DNA of 64,000 bases, taken from the NCBI GenBank assembly GCA_963666835.2, contig CAXXGO010000006.1, positions 2,368,001-2,432,000 of the forward strand, in the 5' to 3' direction. A program made the translations under genes and the position numbers. This DNA comes from Phycisphaerae bacterium. GTDB lineage: Bacteria; Planctomycetota; Phycisphaerae; UBA1845. Below, piece after piece: positions 19,334 to 30,052 of this stretch (positions are counted from its first letter, which is position 1; every line of letters begins with the position of its first letter). Under the pieces are notes generated by a model that saw only the letters and a program-made list of their open reading frames with translations, did no database searches and was not told the origin of the DNA.

Positions 19334-21200
19334 GTGAAGTCAAACACGGTTTTAGCGGCGGTTTTGGTTGTTGCATTGGTCGTGTGCGGGATCGGCTGGA
19401 TGATTCTGCCGTCCATTCAGGATCCGGAGCGGGGGGTCCACGCCGAGGCGTCGATGTACGTCGAGCGCGCGCGGCGGCTGCTCCACAAGTATGATGTGAA
19501 TCTGACCCGTAGCGGTATGCTCCTCGATCAGTTGGCGATGGCTGATGTGGACGTGGACATCGAAGATCCATCGGTGATTGCAGACTCTGAGGATGCTGCC
19601 GACGCCTATCAGAGTGAGCACGCCGCCGCTTGGGAGGCGTATCAGCCGACGGATTGGCAGGAGGATCCCCCCCTGAAGGCGCGAGCTCAATACGGGAACC
19701 TGGCGCGGCAGATTAGCGAAGGGATCAACGAGCGCGCTGCTCTTCTTGAGGGGAATGAGGAGTGGCTTGAAGAGGCCCTCGATGCCGTGGAAGATGCTCT
19801 GGCCGTCTCCGACGGCGGTGTCGACGCCGGATCCCATGCCGAGGCGAATCGTCTTAAGGCGGTTATTCAATTCCATATAGGCTTGGCCGAGAGCCTGCGG
19901 GCAGAGGCGACGCGTCGTGAGGCGTTGCCCCTCAAGAACGAGTTGATGGCATTAGCCGCACAGGTTGCGGAGCTCGAGTCTGCTCAAACGCTTGTTGCGG
20001 ACAGCAAAATAGACGAGCAGATTCGCGCCGGCGAGCAGGAAGTTGTGAAAGGCGGAAAGTGCCTTGCGTGCCCGCCGGCAGTCGCTGGCGACGCTGGATG
20101 CTCGGATTGAGGAGCTGTCCGGAAAGCTGTCGGCCGCACGGGCTCGGATGGCTCAGGCGGAGTCGGCGATGGCTAAGCTGAGGGCGTCCGGCTCCGATCT
20201 CACCGATCCTGAGGGGAGTGAGAAGTTCGCCAGAGAGTTTTCGAAGCAGGATGAGATCTACCGGGCCGCCGCAAGAGAAGTCCGGGAGATCGAGGCAGGG
20301 GCTCTTCCGAATGCCCGCATTGATCGGAGCGGAGACTACTTGGCCGGCGCCTACGTGGAAAATGGCTCTCGCACGGATCTCACCGTGGAACACGGTCTGA
20401 AGTACTACCGGGGCCGGCGGGCTGTGGCGGCGGCTGAGCTCGCCGTTGAGGAGCAAGCCGTGGAGGATGCGCGGTCCGACGTTGTGCGTCTGACCGAGAT
20501 GAAAGAGGCTTTCCAATCCGACCAGGATCGTGCCATTCAGCGCGTTCCGAGCGCGGTCTCCGCGGCGGAAGAGGCGTTTGACGAACTGAGTCGGATCGAA
20601 TCAGAAGCCTACGCGATGGAAGATACCGCTCTGGACTTGCTGGCGGACGCGGTGAGTGCCGCGAAGCAGGCGGCCGGATACGCTGCGGACCAGACGCGCG
20701 ACGCGCGGGAGTGTGCTCAGGGGTTAGCGCCGGAGGCGGCTGCCGGTTCACCTTGTGCCAAGCGGCAGGAGGACGGTTGGATTGGTGGGCATATAGCTGC
20801 TCAGGCAGCCGATGCCGGGTTCGCGAAGGCCTGGATCCACTATCAGCGGTTCATTGCCCATTCTCGCAATGCTGACATACTGGCTAAGGTGAAGACCCCC
20901 CTGGGATTGGCGGAAGCGGACGCGGATGCGGAGCGCGAGAAAGCCGCCGAAGCTCACGACGCCGGCGTCGAGGAAGTGGCCGACGCGATGGCCGAGCTCG
21001 AGCGGGCTCATCGTGAATCGGGTCGTCATTGGACGGTCGTTGCTCAACAGGCCGCCGGGCTGAACCTGATGGCGTTGTTCGGTCACCCCTCATACCGTGA
21101 CGACGCTGAAGCGGCTTATCGCGAGGCGGTCAAAGGACGTGAGGACCGAGATTCGGCGCGGCCCTTCTTGGCGCGATTGGCGGATATGGAGGGCGACTAG
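19334..21200 (+). CDS. Membrane-anchored, acidic coiled-coil/helical protein; one frameshift near 20049
   Basis: ORFs 19334-20110 and 20064-21200 join on removing one A (EVVKAESALRARRQ); N-terminal TM helix; Ala/Glu heptad pattern. Confidence 0.7.
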
Positions 21201-21271
21201 CCGCATTCGTGGGTGTGATACTGAATTATTGCCAGGTCAGCCTTAGGGGGTTGTTAGTTTAGGTTTCGCGG

Positions 21272-21300
21272 TTGACTGGGCACTTGGGGTGAGCGATAAT
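21272..21300 (+). promoter_or_regulatory. Sigma70-type promoter upstream of the sigma factor/neu operon
   Basis: TTGACT - 17 bp - GATAAT. Confidence 0.6.
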
Positions 21301-21449
21301 AACAATAGTGACGATCTAAGGTGGTACTGGAGCGTGGTGCCGAGTACGGTTTCCGAATCCAGGCCGGAGCGTCGCGCCGGGAGTGGGGGCTTCCGTGAAG
21401 GGGCCTTTTCATCGGGGTGGTCGCTCGCTCAAGCTAGCTGAAGCGGACG

Positions 21450-23117
21450 ATGGCGAAGTTTTTCAACAGTGATCTGGCGGAGTTGGCTCATCAGCTCGCT
21501 CTCTCTCCGCGCCGTCTGCGTGTGGAGCAGATCCTGGGGATCGAGAAGCTGCTGGAGTTGGTGGAGCCGGACCGGGCGTACCCCTTCGAGTTCATCTGTC
21601 ACGCCATTACGAAATACCACAAGCGCGGCCCGGAGACGAGTGCTCTGGTGCCCGGCAAAGCGGTCGTTGGTGATCTTGTGACCATGGCCGAGACGCTTTC
21701 CCGGGGTGCGTCTTTGACTGTGGAGGAGCTCGGCGGATCGTGTCTGGCGCACGAAGAGGTTGCTGAGGAGCTTCACGTCAGCAGTAAGACCATCCGGAGG
21801 TGGCGAGCCCGCGGATTGATGGGCCTTCGGGCTTCCTTTGAAGATGGAGTGGGCCGTCTGGTTTTCCTTCGGGGGACGGTCGACCGGTTCGTGCGGCAGA
21901 ATAAGGACCTCGTGGCTCGTGGCGCGGCTTTCAAGCAGCTTACTGAAACGGAGCGCGACCGGATTGTTGAACGGGCGCGGGAGTTGGTTGCCGGTGGGGC
22001 GATTAAGCTGCACACCGTGGCGCGGACGATTGCGGAGGAGTCGAGCCGGGCGATAGAGACTATCCGCTATACCTTGCGCCGCTACGACGAGACTAATCCG
22101 GGTTCGTCTTTGTTTGCGGGACCGGGTCGCGATGCGGTCAGCGAGCGGCGTTTGGCGATTAGCCGATGCCGGGAGGCCGGCGAGACGGTTGCGTCCATTG
22201 CCGGAGCTTTCGACTGCACTGCCGAGGAGATCGAACGAATTCTCAGGCAGGGTCAGGTGCAGCAGTGGAAGGAGAATCTTCCCCAGTACGTGTACAACGA
22301 GCTGTTTGATGCTCCCGAAGCGGATGAGATCATCCTGGCGGCGGCTGAGCCGCCGCCGTCGACTGTGCGAGGACCGTCGCCCTCGGCGGACACCCCACAG
22401 TACTTGCGTTCGCTCTATCAGACTCCGCTTCTGACCCGGGAGTTGGAGGCCGATCTGTTTCGACGATACAACTATCTCAAATACCGCGCCGCACGGGTGA
22501 TCGAGGAGATTGACTCGGAGGACGTGCCGGTCGAAGCCTGTACGCGGGCTCAGGATCTGCTGGCTCAGGCTGAGACGGTTAAGCGGCGGGTTGTGCGGGC
22601 CAATCTCCGATTGGTAGTGAGCATCGCCAAGCGGCACGTGGGATGGTCGCCGAAGTTCTTCGAAGTCATTAGTGACGGGAACGTGTCGCTAATGCGTGCG
22701 GTTGAGAAGTTTGACTACGCCCGGGGGAACAAGTTCAGCACCTACGCTTCGTGGGCGATTATTAAGAACTTCGCCCGTTCGATTCCCGAGCAGCATTACT
22801 ATTGCTCTCGTTTCATGACCGGGCAGGACGCCGTGCTCGAGGGCGCGGCGGACGAGTCTGTGGAGCAGGTACACGCCAGTGACCGGCAGCGCGTCCGGGA
22901 GCTGATTTCGGAAGGGCTGGCGTCGTTGACGGACCGGGAGCAGGCCGTGGTGCAGGGGCACTTCGGTTTGACTCCGCAAGGCGCCACTCAGACTCTCGAG
23001 CAGCTTGGGAAACGCTTCGGGGTGACCAAGGAGCGCGTCCGGCAGATTGAACAGCGGGCTCTGGCTCGGCTGCGAAGTGTGCTGGCTCCTTCGCTCATCG
23101 ACGCCATTTCCGATTGA
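21450..23117 (+). CDS. Sigma-70 family RNA polymerase sigma factor with long multi-HTH N-terminal extension
   Basis: Region 1.2 YLRSLYQTPLLT; region 2 ANLRLVVSIAK...LMRAVEKFDYARGNKFSTYASW; region 4 TLEQLGKRFGVTKERVRQIE. Confidence 0.9.
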   Translation: MAKFFNSDLAELAHQLALSPRRLRVEQILGIEKLLELVEPDRAYPFEFICHAITKYHKRGPETSALVPGKAVVGDLVTMAETLSRGASLTVEELGGSCLAHEEVAEELHVSSKTIRRWRARGLMGLRASFEDGVGRLVFLRGTVDRFVRQNKDLVARGAAFKQLTETERDRIVERARELVAGGAIKLHTVARTIAEESSRAIETIRYTLRRYDETNPGSSLFAGPGRDAVSERRLAISRCREAGETVASIAGAFDCTAEEIERILRQGQVQQWKENLPQYVYNELFDAPEADEIILAAAEPPPSTVRGPSPSADTPQYLRSLYQTPLLTRELEADLFRRYNYLKYRAARVIEEIDSEDVPVEACTRAQDLLAQAETVKRRVVRANLRLVVSIAKRHVGWSPKFFEVISDGNVSLMRAVEKFDYARGNKFSTYASWAIIKNFARSIPEQHYYCSRFMTGQDAVLEGAADESVEQVHASDRQRVRELISEGLASLTDREQAVVQGHFGLTPQGATQTLEQLGKRFGVTKERVRQIEQRALARLRSVLAPSLIDAISD

Positions 23118-23207
23118 TCTTCGCGGCAAGAGCTGGGGTTGTTGGTCGACCGTCCTTTCGTCTCCCGGTCAAGGGTGGCCTGCGCCGCGACCGATAAATC
23201 CCTAGTT

Positions 23208-23933
23208 ATGTACGTGCTTGGTATCATTCTGGCTCGAGCGGGTAGCAAGGGGCTTCCGGACAAGTGCGCCCGTTTGCTTCTGGGACGGCCGGTCATCAGC
23301 TACACGTTCGACCATGTCGCGGCCAGCGACCGCCTCAGTGCCGCGGTTCTCTCGACGGACTCACCGGTGTTGCAGGGCATGGCTCGGGCGGCGGGTGTGC
23401 CGGTGATCGAGCGTCCGGCGGAGCTGGCGACTGATACGGCTACAGTGGACGACGCGGCGCGGCACGCAGTTGAGCGGTGGGAGGCTATGCGCGGAGTCGT
23501 CGTCGATGCGGTGGCGCTTTTGTACGGCAACATCCCGGTGCGGGCTCCCCATCTGATCGACCGGGCGATCGAACAGCTTGCCGGCAGTGCGGCGGACTCG
23601 GTCCGCAGTGTCGCGCCGGTTTCCAAGCAACACCCCGACTGGGTGTCGCGGTTGGATGGCGACCGGATGATTCAGTTTCGCCCCAACAGCATCTACCGTC
23701 GGCAGGATCTCGAGCCACTGTATTATCATGATGGAGCGGTTGCGGCTGTCACCAGAGCGGCACTATTCGGAGCTTTGGCTACTCCGGACGACCATCAGGC
23801 TTTTCTGGGGGCCGACCGGCGTGCGCTGATCCAAGACCCCCAAGACGCCGTGGACATTGACGGCCCGGTGGATTTCTTCTTGGCGGAGGCGATTCTCAGG
23901 GCCCAGGAGGGGGAGGCGCATGGCCGAGATTGA
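23208..23933 (+). CDS. neuA: Acylneuraminate cytidylyltransferase family protein
   Basis: IILARAGSKGLPDK, LSTDS, RPAELATD, RRQDL, VDIDGPVDF. Confidence 0.88.
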   Translation: MYVLGIILARAGSKGLPDKCARLLLGRPVISYTFDHVAASDRLSAAVLSTDSPVLQGMARAAGVPVIERPAELATDTATVDDAARHAVERWEAMRGVVVDAVALLYGNIPVRAPHLIDRAIEQLAGSAADSVRSVAPVSKQHPDWVSRLDGDRMIQFRPNSIYRRQDLEPLYYHDGAVAAVTRAALFGALATPDDHQAFLGADRRALIQDPQDAVDIDGPVDFFLAEAILRAQEGEAHGRD

Positions 23934-24999
23934 TGAGGCCTACGATGTGGTTCTACCCGTAGTACTAGGTGGGCATAGGATTGGGCCCGGGCAACGCACA
24001 TTCGTTATTGCCGAAGCGGGAGTCAATCACGACGGCTCGACGGAGAAGGCCCTGCAATTGGTTGAAGCCGCCGCCGATGCCGGGGCGGATGCGGTGAAGT
24101 TCCAGGTTTTTCGCGCCGCAGATCTGGTGACGGAATCCGCCCAAGCCGCGGACTACCAGCAGAAGCAGTGCGGCGCGGAATCGCAGCGGGCTATGCTGGA
24201 GAGGCTCGAGCTGTCGGATGAAATGCTGTCGGCTGTTCGGCACCGTTGCCGGGAGCGGTCTATTCTCCTTTTGGCTACACCGTTTGGACCGGCGGAAGTC
24301 AATACGTTGGCGGCGCTCAGGGTGGCCGCGATCAAGATCGCCTCGACGGACCTGACCAACGAAGCTCTATTGGATGTCGCAAGTAACGTCGGCGTGCCGC
24401 TGATCGTATCGACGGGGGCGGCGACTGAAGACGAGATCCGATCGGCCGTCAAGCGCCTGCAACGCCGGCGGTCGTTGGGTGGGTTGATCTTCCTGCATTG
24501 CGTGAGCTGTTATCCGGCGCCACCGGAGGCGCTGAATCTGCGGGCGATTGCGGCTTTGCAGCGGATTTCCGCGGTCCCGTGCGGATTCAGTGACCACAGC
24601 AGGCTGGTGCAGTCGGGGGCGTGGGCGGTGTTGGCCGGGGCTTGTGTGCTGGAGAAGCACTTCACGCTGGATCGTGCCTCGTGCGGTCCGGACCATGCCA
24701 TGTCGCTGAATCCGCAGGAGCTCGCCGACTATGTCGCCGCCGTGCGGTTGGTGGAAAGCGCCCTTGGCGATGGCCGGCTTGGAGCGACGGACCTGCAGGC
24801 TGACGTTCGTTCGGCCGCGCGCCGGAGTATTGTGACCGCTCGGTCGGTGTCGGCGGGAATGCCTCTGGTGGCGGCGGATCTTAGTTTCAAGCGCCCCGGC
24901 ACGGGGATAGCTCCGGGCGACATCGACCGTGTAATTGGCCGGCGGGCGGCGACTGATATCCCGGATGACACCTTGCTGACATGGGAAATGCTGTCATGA
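23920..24999 (+). CDS. neuB: N-acetylneuraminate (nonulosonate) synthase with SAF domain
   Basis: VIAEAGVNHDG, GADAVKFQ, KIASTDLTN, LHCVSCYP, GFSDHS, LEKHFTL, GPDH, KRPGTGI. Confidence 0.92.
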   Translation: MAEIDEAYDVVLPVVLGGHRIGPGQRTFVIAEAGVNHDGSTEKALQLVEAAADAGADAVKFQVFRAADLVTESAQAADYQQKQCGAESQRAMLERLELSDEMLSAVRHRCRERSILLLATPFGPAEVNTLAALRVAAIKIASTDLTNEALLDVASNVGVPLIVSTGAATEDEIRSAVKRLQRRRSLGGLIFLHCVSCYPAPPEALNLRAIAALQRISAVPCGFSDHSRLVQSGAWAVLAGACVLEKHFTLDRASCGPDHAMSLNPQELADYVAAVRLVESALGDGRLGATDLQADVRSAARRSIVTARSVSAGMPLVAADLSFKRPGTGIAPGDIDRVIGRRAATDIPDDTLLTWEMLS

Positions 25000-26147
25000 G
25001 ACGTGGGACGCGCGCATCGCGAGTCCGCCGGGTTGCCGTCGTGACCGGCACGCGGGCGGAGTACGGCTTGCTGCGCTCCGCAATGGAGGCGATTGATCGT
25101 CACCGGCGGCTCAAGCTGCAGACCGTCGTTACCGGAATACACTTGCTGAGGAAGTTCGGGCATACGGTGGACGAGATTACCGGCGACGGCTGGAAAACCG
25201 ATGCCCGGGTGAGAATGCAAAGAGGAGTCGATTCCGATCTGGATCAGGCGGAAGGGTTGGCTCGCGGCGTAACCGGTATCGCCCGGTTCCTCCAGCGAGC
25301 TGATACGGATATCGTGCTGGTCTTGGGTGATCGGATCGAGGCTATGGCCGGGGCACTCGCTTCCGTGACGACGGGGCGCCTGCTTGCTCACATTCACGGT
25401 GGGGACATTGCTCCGGGCGATCTGGACGAGCGGCTTCGCCACTCCATCACGAAGCTGGCCCAGCTCCATCTCGCAGCCACCCGTCAGGCTCAACGCCGGA
25501 TCATCCGCATGGGAGAGGACCCCGAGCGAGTCAAATGGGTCGGCGCTCCCGGGCTCGATCGACTCCGGGAGATCGCGAGGGACCATCGCCGCACAGCGCG
25601 TGAACGCAAGCACGCTCTTATCATCCAGCATCCGTGCGGCCGTCCGGCAGAACAGGAGCGCAAGGTTATGAATGCGATCCTTCGCGCGGTTGAGGTGGAG
25701 GGGCTCGCCCGGACGATCATATACCCCAACACGGACAGGGGGCACGCGGGGATCATCGCGGCGATTGAGGCCCACCGACGAGGCAAGCCGGCGGATGTTG
25801 TGAGGGTCGACCGCTCACTTCGGCGGGACGACTATCTGGCGGCTTTAATCGACGCCGATGTCCTGGTCGGCAACTCATCGAGCGGGGTGATTGAGGCGCC
25901 CACGGCCGGGACCCCGTCGATCAACGTGGGAGCCCGTCAACGCGGCCGGCAGGCCGGCGGCCGATCTGTGGTTGATGCGGATGAGTCTATCGGCTCGATC
26001 CGGGTGGCTCTGCGAGCTTCCTTGGGCGGTCCTCGGCAAAGGGGCGGGACGGTATACGGCGCCGGATGCGCCGGTCCGAGAATCGCGGAGGAGCTAGCCT
26101 CTGTGCCACTGAACCCGTCGTTTCTTCGCAAGATAAACACGTATTAG
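24996..26147 (+). CDS. neuC: UDP-N-acetylglucosamine 2-epimerase (hydrolysing)
   Basis: VTGTRAEYGLL, VLGDRIE, HIHGGD, RHSITKLA, VGNSSSGVIEAP. Confidence 0.92.
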   Translation: MRRGTRASRVRRVAVVTGTRAEYGLLRSAMEAIDRHRRLKLQTVVTGIHLLRKFGHTVDEITGDGWKTDARVRMQRGVDSDLDQAEGLARGVTGIARFLQRADTDIVLVLGDRIEAMAGALASVTTGRLLAHIHGGDIAPGDLDERLRHSITKLAQLHLAATRQAQRRIIRMGEDPERVKWVGAPGLDRLREIARDHRRTARERKHALIIQHPCGRPAEQERKVMNAILRAVEVEGLARTIIYPNTDRGHAGIIAAIEAHRRGKPADVVRVDRSLRRDDYLAALIDADVLVGNSSSGVIEAPTAGTPSINVGARQRGRQAGGRSVVDADESIGSIRVALRASLGGPRQRGGTVYGAGCAGPRIAEELASVPLNPSFLRKINTY

Positions 26148-26415
26148 CGTGCTCCGTACTCTGCACGTGCTGTCTTCCGGACGTCGCGGGGGGGAGGCGT
26201 AGGCGTCGATCCAGCGCCTGGGCCTGAAGCCGCCGATGGTCCATAATTCCGCCAGCGGGGACGGGCGTGGCACGTCCGTTTTGGCTACAACCCGTCTAAT
26301 GCTCATGGAAGGGACCTAATTCGGTCGATGTGCCGTGACGATAAACGTGCACGGGGACGGAGTACGTCGAGTCTTTGCTGGGGGGGAGTGTGTCCAGAGA
26401 CACCGAGGGAGAGCT

Positions 26416-27294
26416 ATGGCCGTTGAGACTGCCGATAACACTAAGATCATCGTAGACAAGGCGCTCGCGCAGATTGGGGACATCGCGACTCTTCCGGAAG
26501 TGACGATCAAGATCATCCAGATCGTCGAAGATCCCAAGAGTACGGCCCGCGACCTGCACGAGGTCATCAAGAATGACCCGGCGTTGTCGGTCAAAGTCCT
26601 CAAGGTGGTTAACTCCGCTTTCTACGGCCTTCCCGGCCAGGTGGCCAGCGTCGATCGAGCCATCATTCTGCTTGGACTGTCCGCGGTGAAGAACATTGCG
26701 ATTGCCGCGTCCATTGCCCGGCTGTTCAAAGGGCGGCGGATCTCCGAGCAGTTCAGCGCTTCGGACTTGTGGCGGCACAGCGTTGCGGTGGCGGTCGTGG
26801 CGCATGACATCGCCAAACTCTCGCCTCACCCTGTGATGGCGGATGAGATATTCGTGGCCGGGATGATTCACGATCTGGGCACGATGGTGGAGCGTCAGGC
26901 ATTCCCTGACCAGTTTGCGGAAGCGATCAACCGCGGGCTTAAGGGAGATCGCAGTTTCCTCGAATGTGAACGGCAGGTCATGGGGGCGGATCACCAGGCA
27001 TTTGGGGTCGGCCTGACCACCAAATGGAAATTCCCGCGACACCTGCGGGCGGCCGTCGGCTTCCACCACAACACGGAGAACCTCAGCGCAGAACTTCGCA
27101 ACATGGCGACGCTCATCCAGATGGCGGACGTTTTGTGCTGCCAGGAGGAGGTCGGGTTCTACCTGACGGCCCATAACGGCACGATTACCGAGGATATGTT
27201 GGATCTTCTTGGTATCACCAACGAGCAGTTGGAGCAGATCCGCATCGAGCTGCCTGAGAAGGTCGCCGACGCCGAATCCACGCTGGCCAGCTAA
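26416..27294 (+). CDS. HDOD domain protein
   Basis: LPEV, DPALSVKVLKVVNSAFYGL, LWRHS, GMIHDLG, DH...KWKFP...FHH. Confidence 0.92.
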   Translation: MAVETADNTKIIVDKALAQIGDIATLPEVTIKIIQIVEDPKSTARDLHEVIKNDPALSVKVLKVVNSAFYGLPGQVASVDRAIILLGLSAVKNIAIAASIARLFKGRRISEQFSASDLWRHSVAVAVVAHDIAKLSPHPVMADEIFVAGMIHDLGTMVERQAFPDQFAEAINRGLKGDRSFLECERQVMGADHQAFGVGLTTKWKFPRHLRAAVGFHHNTENLSAELRNMATLIQMADVLCCQEEVGFYLTAHNGTITEDMLDLLGITNEQLEQIRIELPEKVADAESTLAS

Positions 27295-27785
27295 GCCGGC
27301 GGGATTTGGAAACCACCCCCAAACACTCTCAATTGCAGGGCTCTTTCCGCGCGGCACGGTCGCCCTCGGGAGGGCTTGTTCACGCCTTTGAGCGATTCCT
27401 GGATCAACAAGGTCGTGCTGTTGCCCTGAATCGTACGGTGCTGTCCGGGACCGAAGTCAGAGGTTACAGGTGTTCGGGCACTGGGGTGGCACATCCTTGG
27501 TTTCCTCAGCGCGCGGGGAGCATTCTACGGCTTCAGATCGGAAGGTTGGGAGTAAGTCCGGTATCTCGTGGGAGCCTGCCCCGCCGAATGGCTCCCAGAG
27601 ATTCGCTCTTTGGTGCAATCATGTCCGTGAACGGCCGTTATTCGCCATTTAAGGCAAGTGTCGTTTACTAGAAACAGGAGAATAAGGTCGTTTTGATGAA
27701 AATCGGGCGAAACGGCAGGTGTGGGCCCGGCTTGCGTGTAGCTTCGTTGGGGCCCTTATGGGGATGGGCGCTATCGCCAGAAGAC

Positions 27786-27874
27786 CGGAGAGGGCGGGAT
27801 TCGAACCCGCGGTACGGAAATTACCGCACACTGGTTTTCGAAACCAGCTCCTTCAGCCGCTCGGACACCTCTCC
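27786..27874 (-). tRNA. tRNA-Ser (anticodon CGA)
   Basis: GGAGAGG...CCTCTCC-G acceptor stem; anticodon arm CTGGT-TTCGAAA-ACCAG; long variable arm; GGTTCGAATCC T-loop; CCA not encoded. Confidence 0.95.
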
Positions 27875-27984
27875 AAAGGGGGCGGACGGGCGATTCGAAG
27901 TCGGCCTGCGAGACCATAGGATCGCAGCACGACCCAGATGACCTATCTTGCCGCTCCTGACCGCGAGCCCGTTCTGCCGAGCAG

Positions 27985-28014
27985 AGTGTACCGCAGGGGT
28001 GGGCAGGGTAGCAA
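27985..28014 (-). promoter_or_regulatory. Probable promoter for the tRNA transcript
   Basis: On the minus strand TTGCTA - 18 bp - TACACT, about 110 nt upstream of tRNA-Ser. Confidence 0.45.
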
Positions 28015-28619
28015 CCCTCGGGTGTAGTTGGTTTCGCGAGAAATCGGTGATGTCCCGCGCGGGTTCTCGGCGATGTCTCTCGAGCCTCAGCGAAGTACCG
28101 GCAGGTTAGCGCGGAACGCGGGGCCGGCTTACGCCGTTGGAGTGCCGGCCGGAATCGCGAGTGTGATCGGTGCGGCTGCCCCTCGCAGGGAAAAGCGTGT
28201 GACCGCAGCTACGGTCCGCTGGCGGTACGCTGCTTGCAAGAGAATGCTGCAACAGCCGGGACGGTGGCGTTGCCGTAGATTGGGGTGTGGTGCCTGTTAG
28301 CGGCGCGGCAAGCGGCGCGTGGCCGTGGCTTTGAGCTGCAACGGGGAAACCCTCGAATGGGCGTCGGATGGACGGGCTATTCCAAATCCTTTGGGATTGG
28401 TCTCCGATAAGCGACTAACAGCGCGTTAGGAAAGGGGACCGGCTCCGATCGACTTCCACCAACCGCACCAATAGAGGCCATTGGGAAGGCGCCTTTATCC
28501 TCTTCGACAGACTGCTGAGGTGAACGATGCTTTCGGTGTTAGCATATCGGACGAGCGGCTGCGAAACGCCGTTTGAGGCTTGCCCATCCGGCAACAACAA
28601 CGCACGGGAGTGACAATCT

Positions 28620-30050
28620 ATGTCGCAAACACAGCCTCCGAGGAAGACGTCGCCGGGGGATATGACTCCGGGCAAGTATATTGCGTTAGCTTTGGCGCTC
28701 GCGGTGTTCATCCTTCCGCTGGTGTACGAATTCCCGGGTCTCTCGGTCGAGGGGAGCAGGGTTTTCGGGATATTCCTGGCGGCCATTGTTCTGTGGGTAA
28801 CCGAAGCGATTCCGCTGCATGCCACGGCGGTGGTTATCATTTTGGCGGAGATCCTCCTGATCAGTGACCGTGCCGTCATCGGCATTCCGGAGGGGTTTGA
28901 CGCGCCGACGTATCGCCGGTTCTTTGCGACGCTGGCCGATCCGGTGCTAATGCTGTTTCTGGGCGGGTTCTTCCTGGCCCACGGGGCAGCCAAGTTCGAC
29001 CTGGACCGCAACCTGGCGCGGGTGTTGCTTCGTCCGCTCGGCACGTCGCCGCGGATGATTCTGCTGGGTTTGATCGCGATTACGGCCTTGTTCTCGATGT
29101 TCATGAGTAATACGGCGACCACGGCGACGATGATGGCGGTGGTGATTCCCGTCATGAGCCAGCTTCCGCCGAAGGATCGCATGCGGACCGCTTTTGCCTT
29201 GTGCATTCCCATCGCGGCGAACGTGGGGGGGATAGGGACACCTATCGGTACGCCGCCTAACGCGATTGCGATCGGGGCTTTAGCCCGCGAGGGCATTAGC
29301 GTGGGGTTTGTGCAGTGGATGCTCATGGCGGTTCCCTTTGTTGTGGTTATTCTCCTGGTTGCGTGGCTGCTACTGGCGAAGTTCTACTCCGGCGGTTGCG
29401 CGGCGATTGAGCTGAAGATTGACTCGAAGTTCCAGATGTCGCGTTCGGCCAAGGTCTTCTACGTGGTCTTCGCCGCAACCGTTGTGCTGTGGCTAACGGA
29501 GAAGCTGCACGGGATGAGTTCGAGCATCGTGGGTTTTGTGCCCGTGGTGATCTTGCTTTCGACCCGCGTGTTCTCGGCGAAGGACCTGCAGTCCATCCAA
29601 TGGCACGTGTTGTGGCTGGTCGCGGGAGGTATCGCCCTGGGCGTGGGAGTGGGCACCAGCGGCTTCGATCGTTGGCTGATCGGGCTGGTCGAGTGGGATC
29701 GAATATCGCCCGGTTTGATCGTGGCTTTGCTCTCGTTGGTTGCCCTGGCGTTCAGTACGGTAATATCCAACAGTGCCACGGCGAACCTGCTGGTACCACT
29801 GGCCATGTCGCTGGCGGTGTCGGGGGCGGTGGAGATTAACCCGATGTTGGTGGCGGTGTTCGTGGCAGTCGGTTCGTCGTTGGCGATGGCATTGCCGATC
29901 AGCACACCGCCGAACGCGGTGGCGATGAGCACGGGGGCGGTGCGAACCAAGGACATGGCGATGATTGGAGTCATGGTCGGCGGGGTCGGCTGGCTGCTCT
30001 TTCTGCTGGTGGCCCGGTGGTATTGGGGCGTGCTCGGAGTGCTGTCTTAG
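28620..30050 (+). CDS. SLC13/DASS family anion:sodium symporter
   Basis: LWVTEAIP, FMSNTAT, GGIGTPIGTPPN, ISNSATA, LPISTPPNA. Confidence 0.92.
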   Translation: MSQTQPPRKTSPGDMTPGKYIALALALAVFILPLVYEFPGLSVEGSRVFGIFLAAIVLWVTEAIPLHATAVVIILAEILLISDRAVIGIPEGFDAPTYRRFFATLADPVLMLFLGGFFLAHGAAKFDLDRNLARVLLRPLGTSPRMILLGLIAITALFSMFMSNTATTATMMAVVIPVMSQLPPKDRMRTAFALCIPIAANVGGIGTPIGTPPNAIAIGALAREGISVGFVQWMLMAVPFVVVILLVAWLLLAKFYSGGCAAIELKIDSKFQMSRSAKVFYVVFAATVVLWLTEKLHGMSSSIVGFVPVVILLSTRVFSAKDLQSIQWHVLWLVAGGIALGVGVGTSGFDRWLIGLVEWDRISPGLIVALLSLVALAFSTVISNSATANLLVPLAMSLAVSGAVEINPMLVAVFVAVGSSLAMALPISTPPNAVAMSTGAVRTKDMAMIGVMVGGVGWLLFLLVARWYWGVLGVLS

Positions 30051-30052
30051 TG

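Noticed and set aside
27291..27494. 67-aa minus-strand ORF with a possible RBS between HDOD and the tRNA
   Set aside because: No recognisable motif; coding status cannot be supported.
27786..27874. Genomic island integrated at tRNA-Ser
   Set aside because: No integrase and no duplicated tRNA 3' end seen in the window.
27878..27957. tRNA-Sec or a second functional tRNA
   Set aside because: No UCA anticodon loop and non-canonical arm geometry; kept only as a low-confidence finding.
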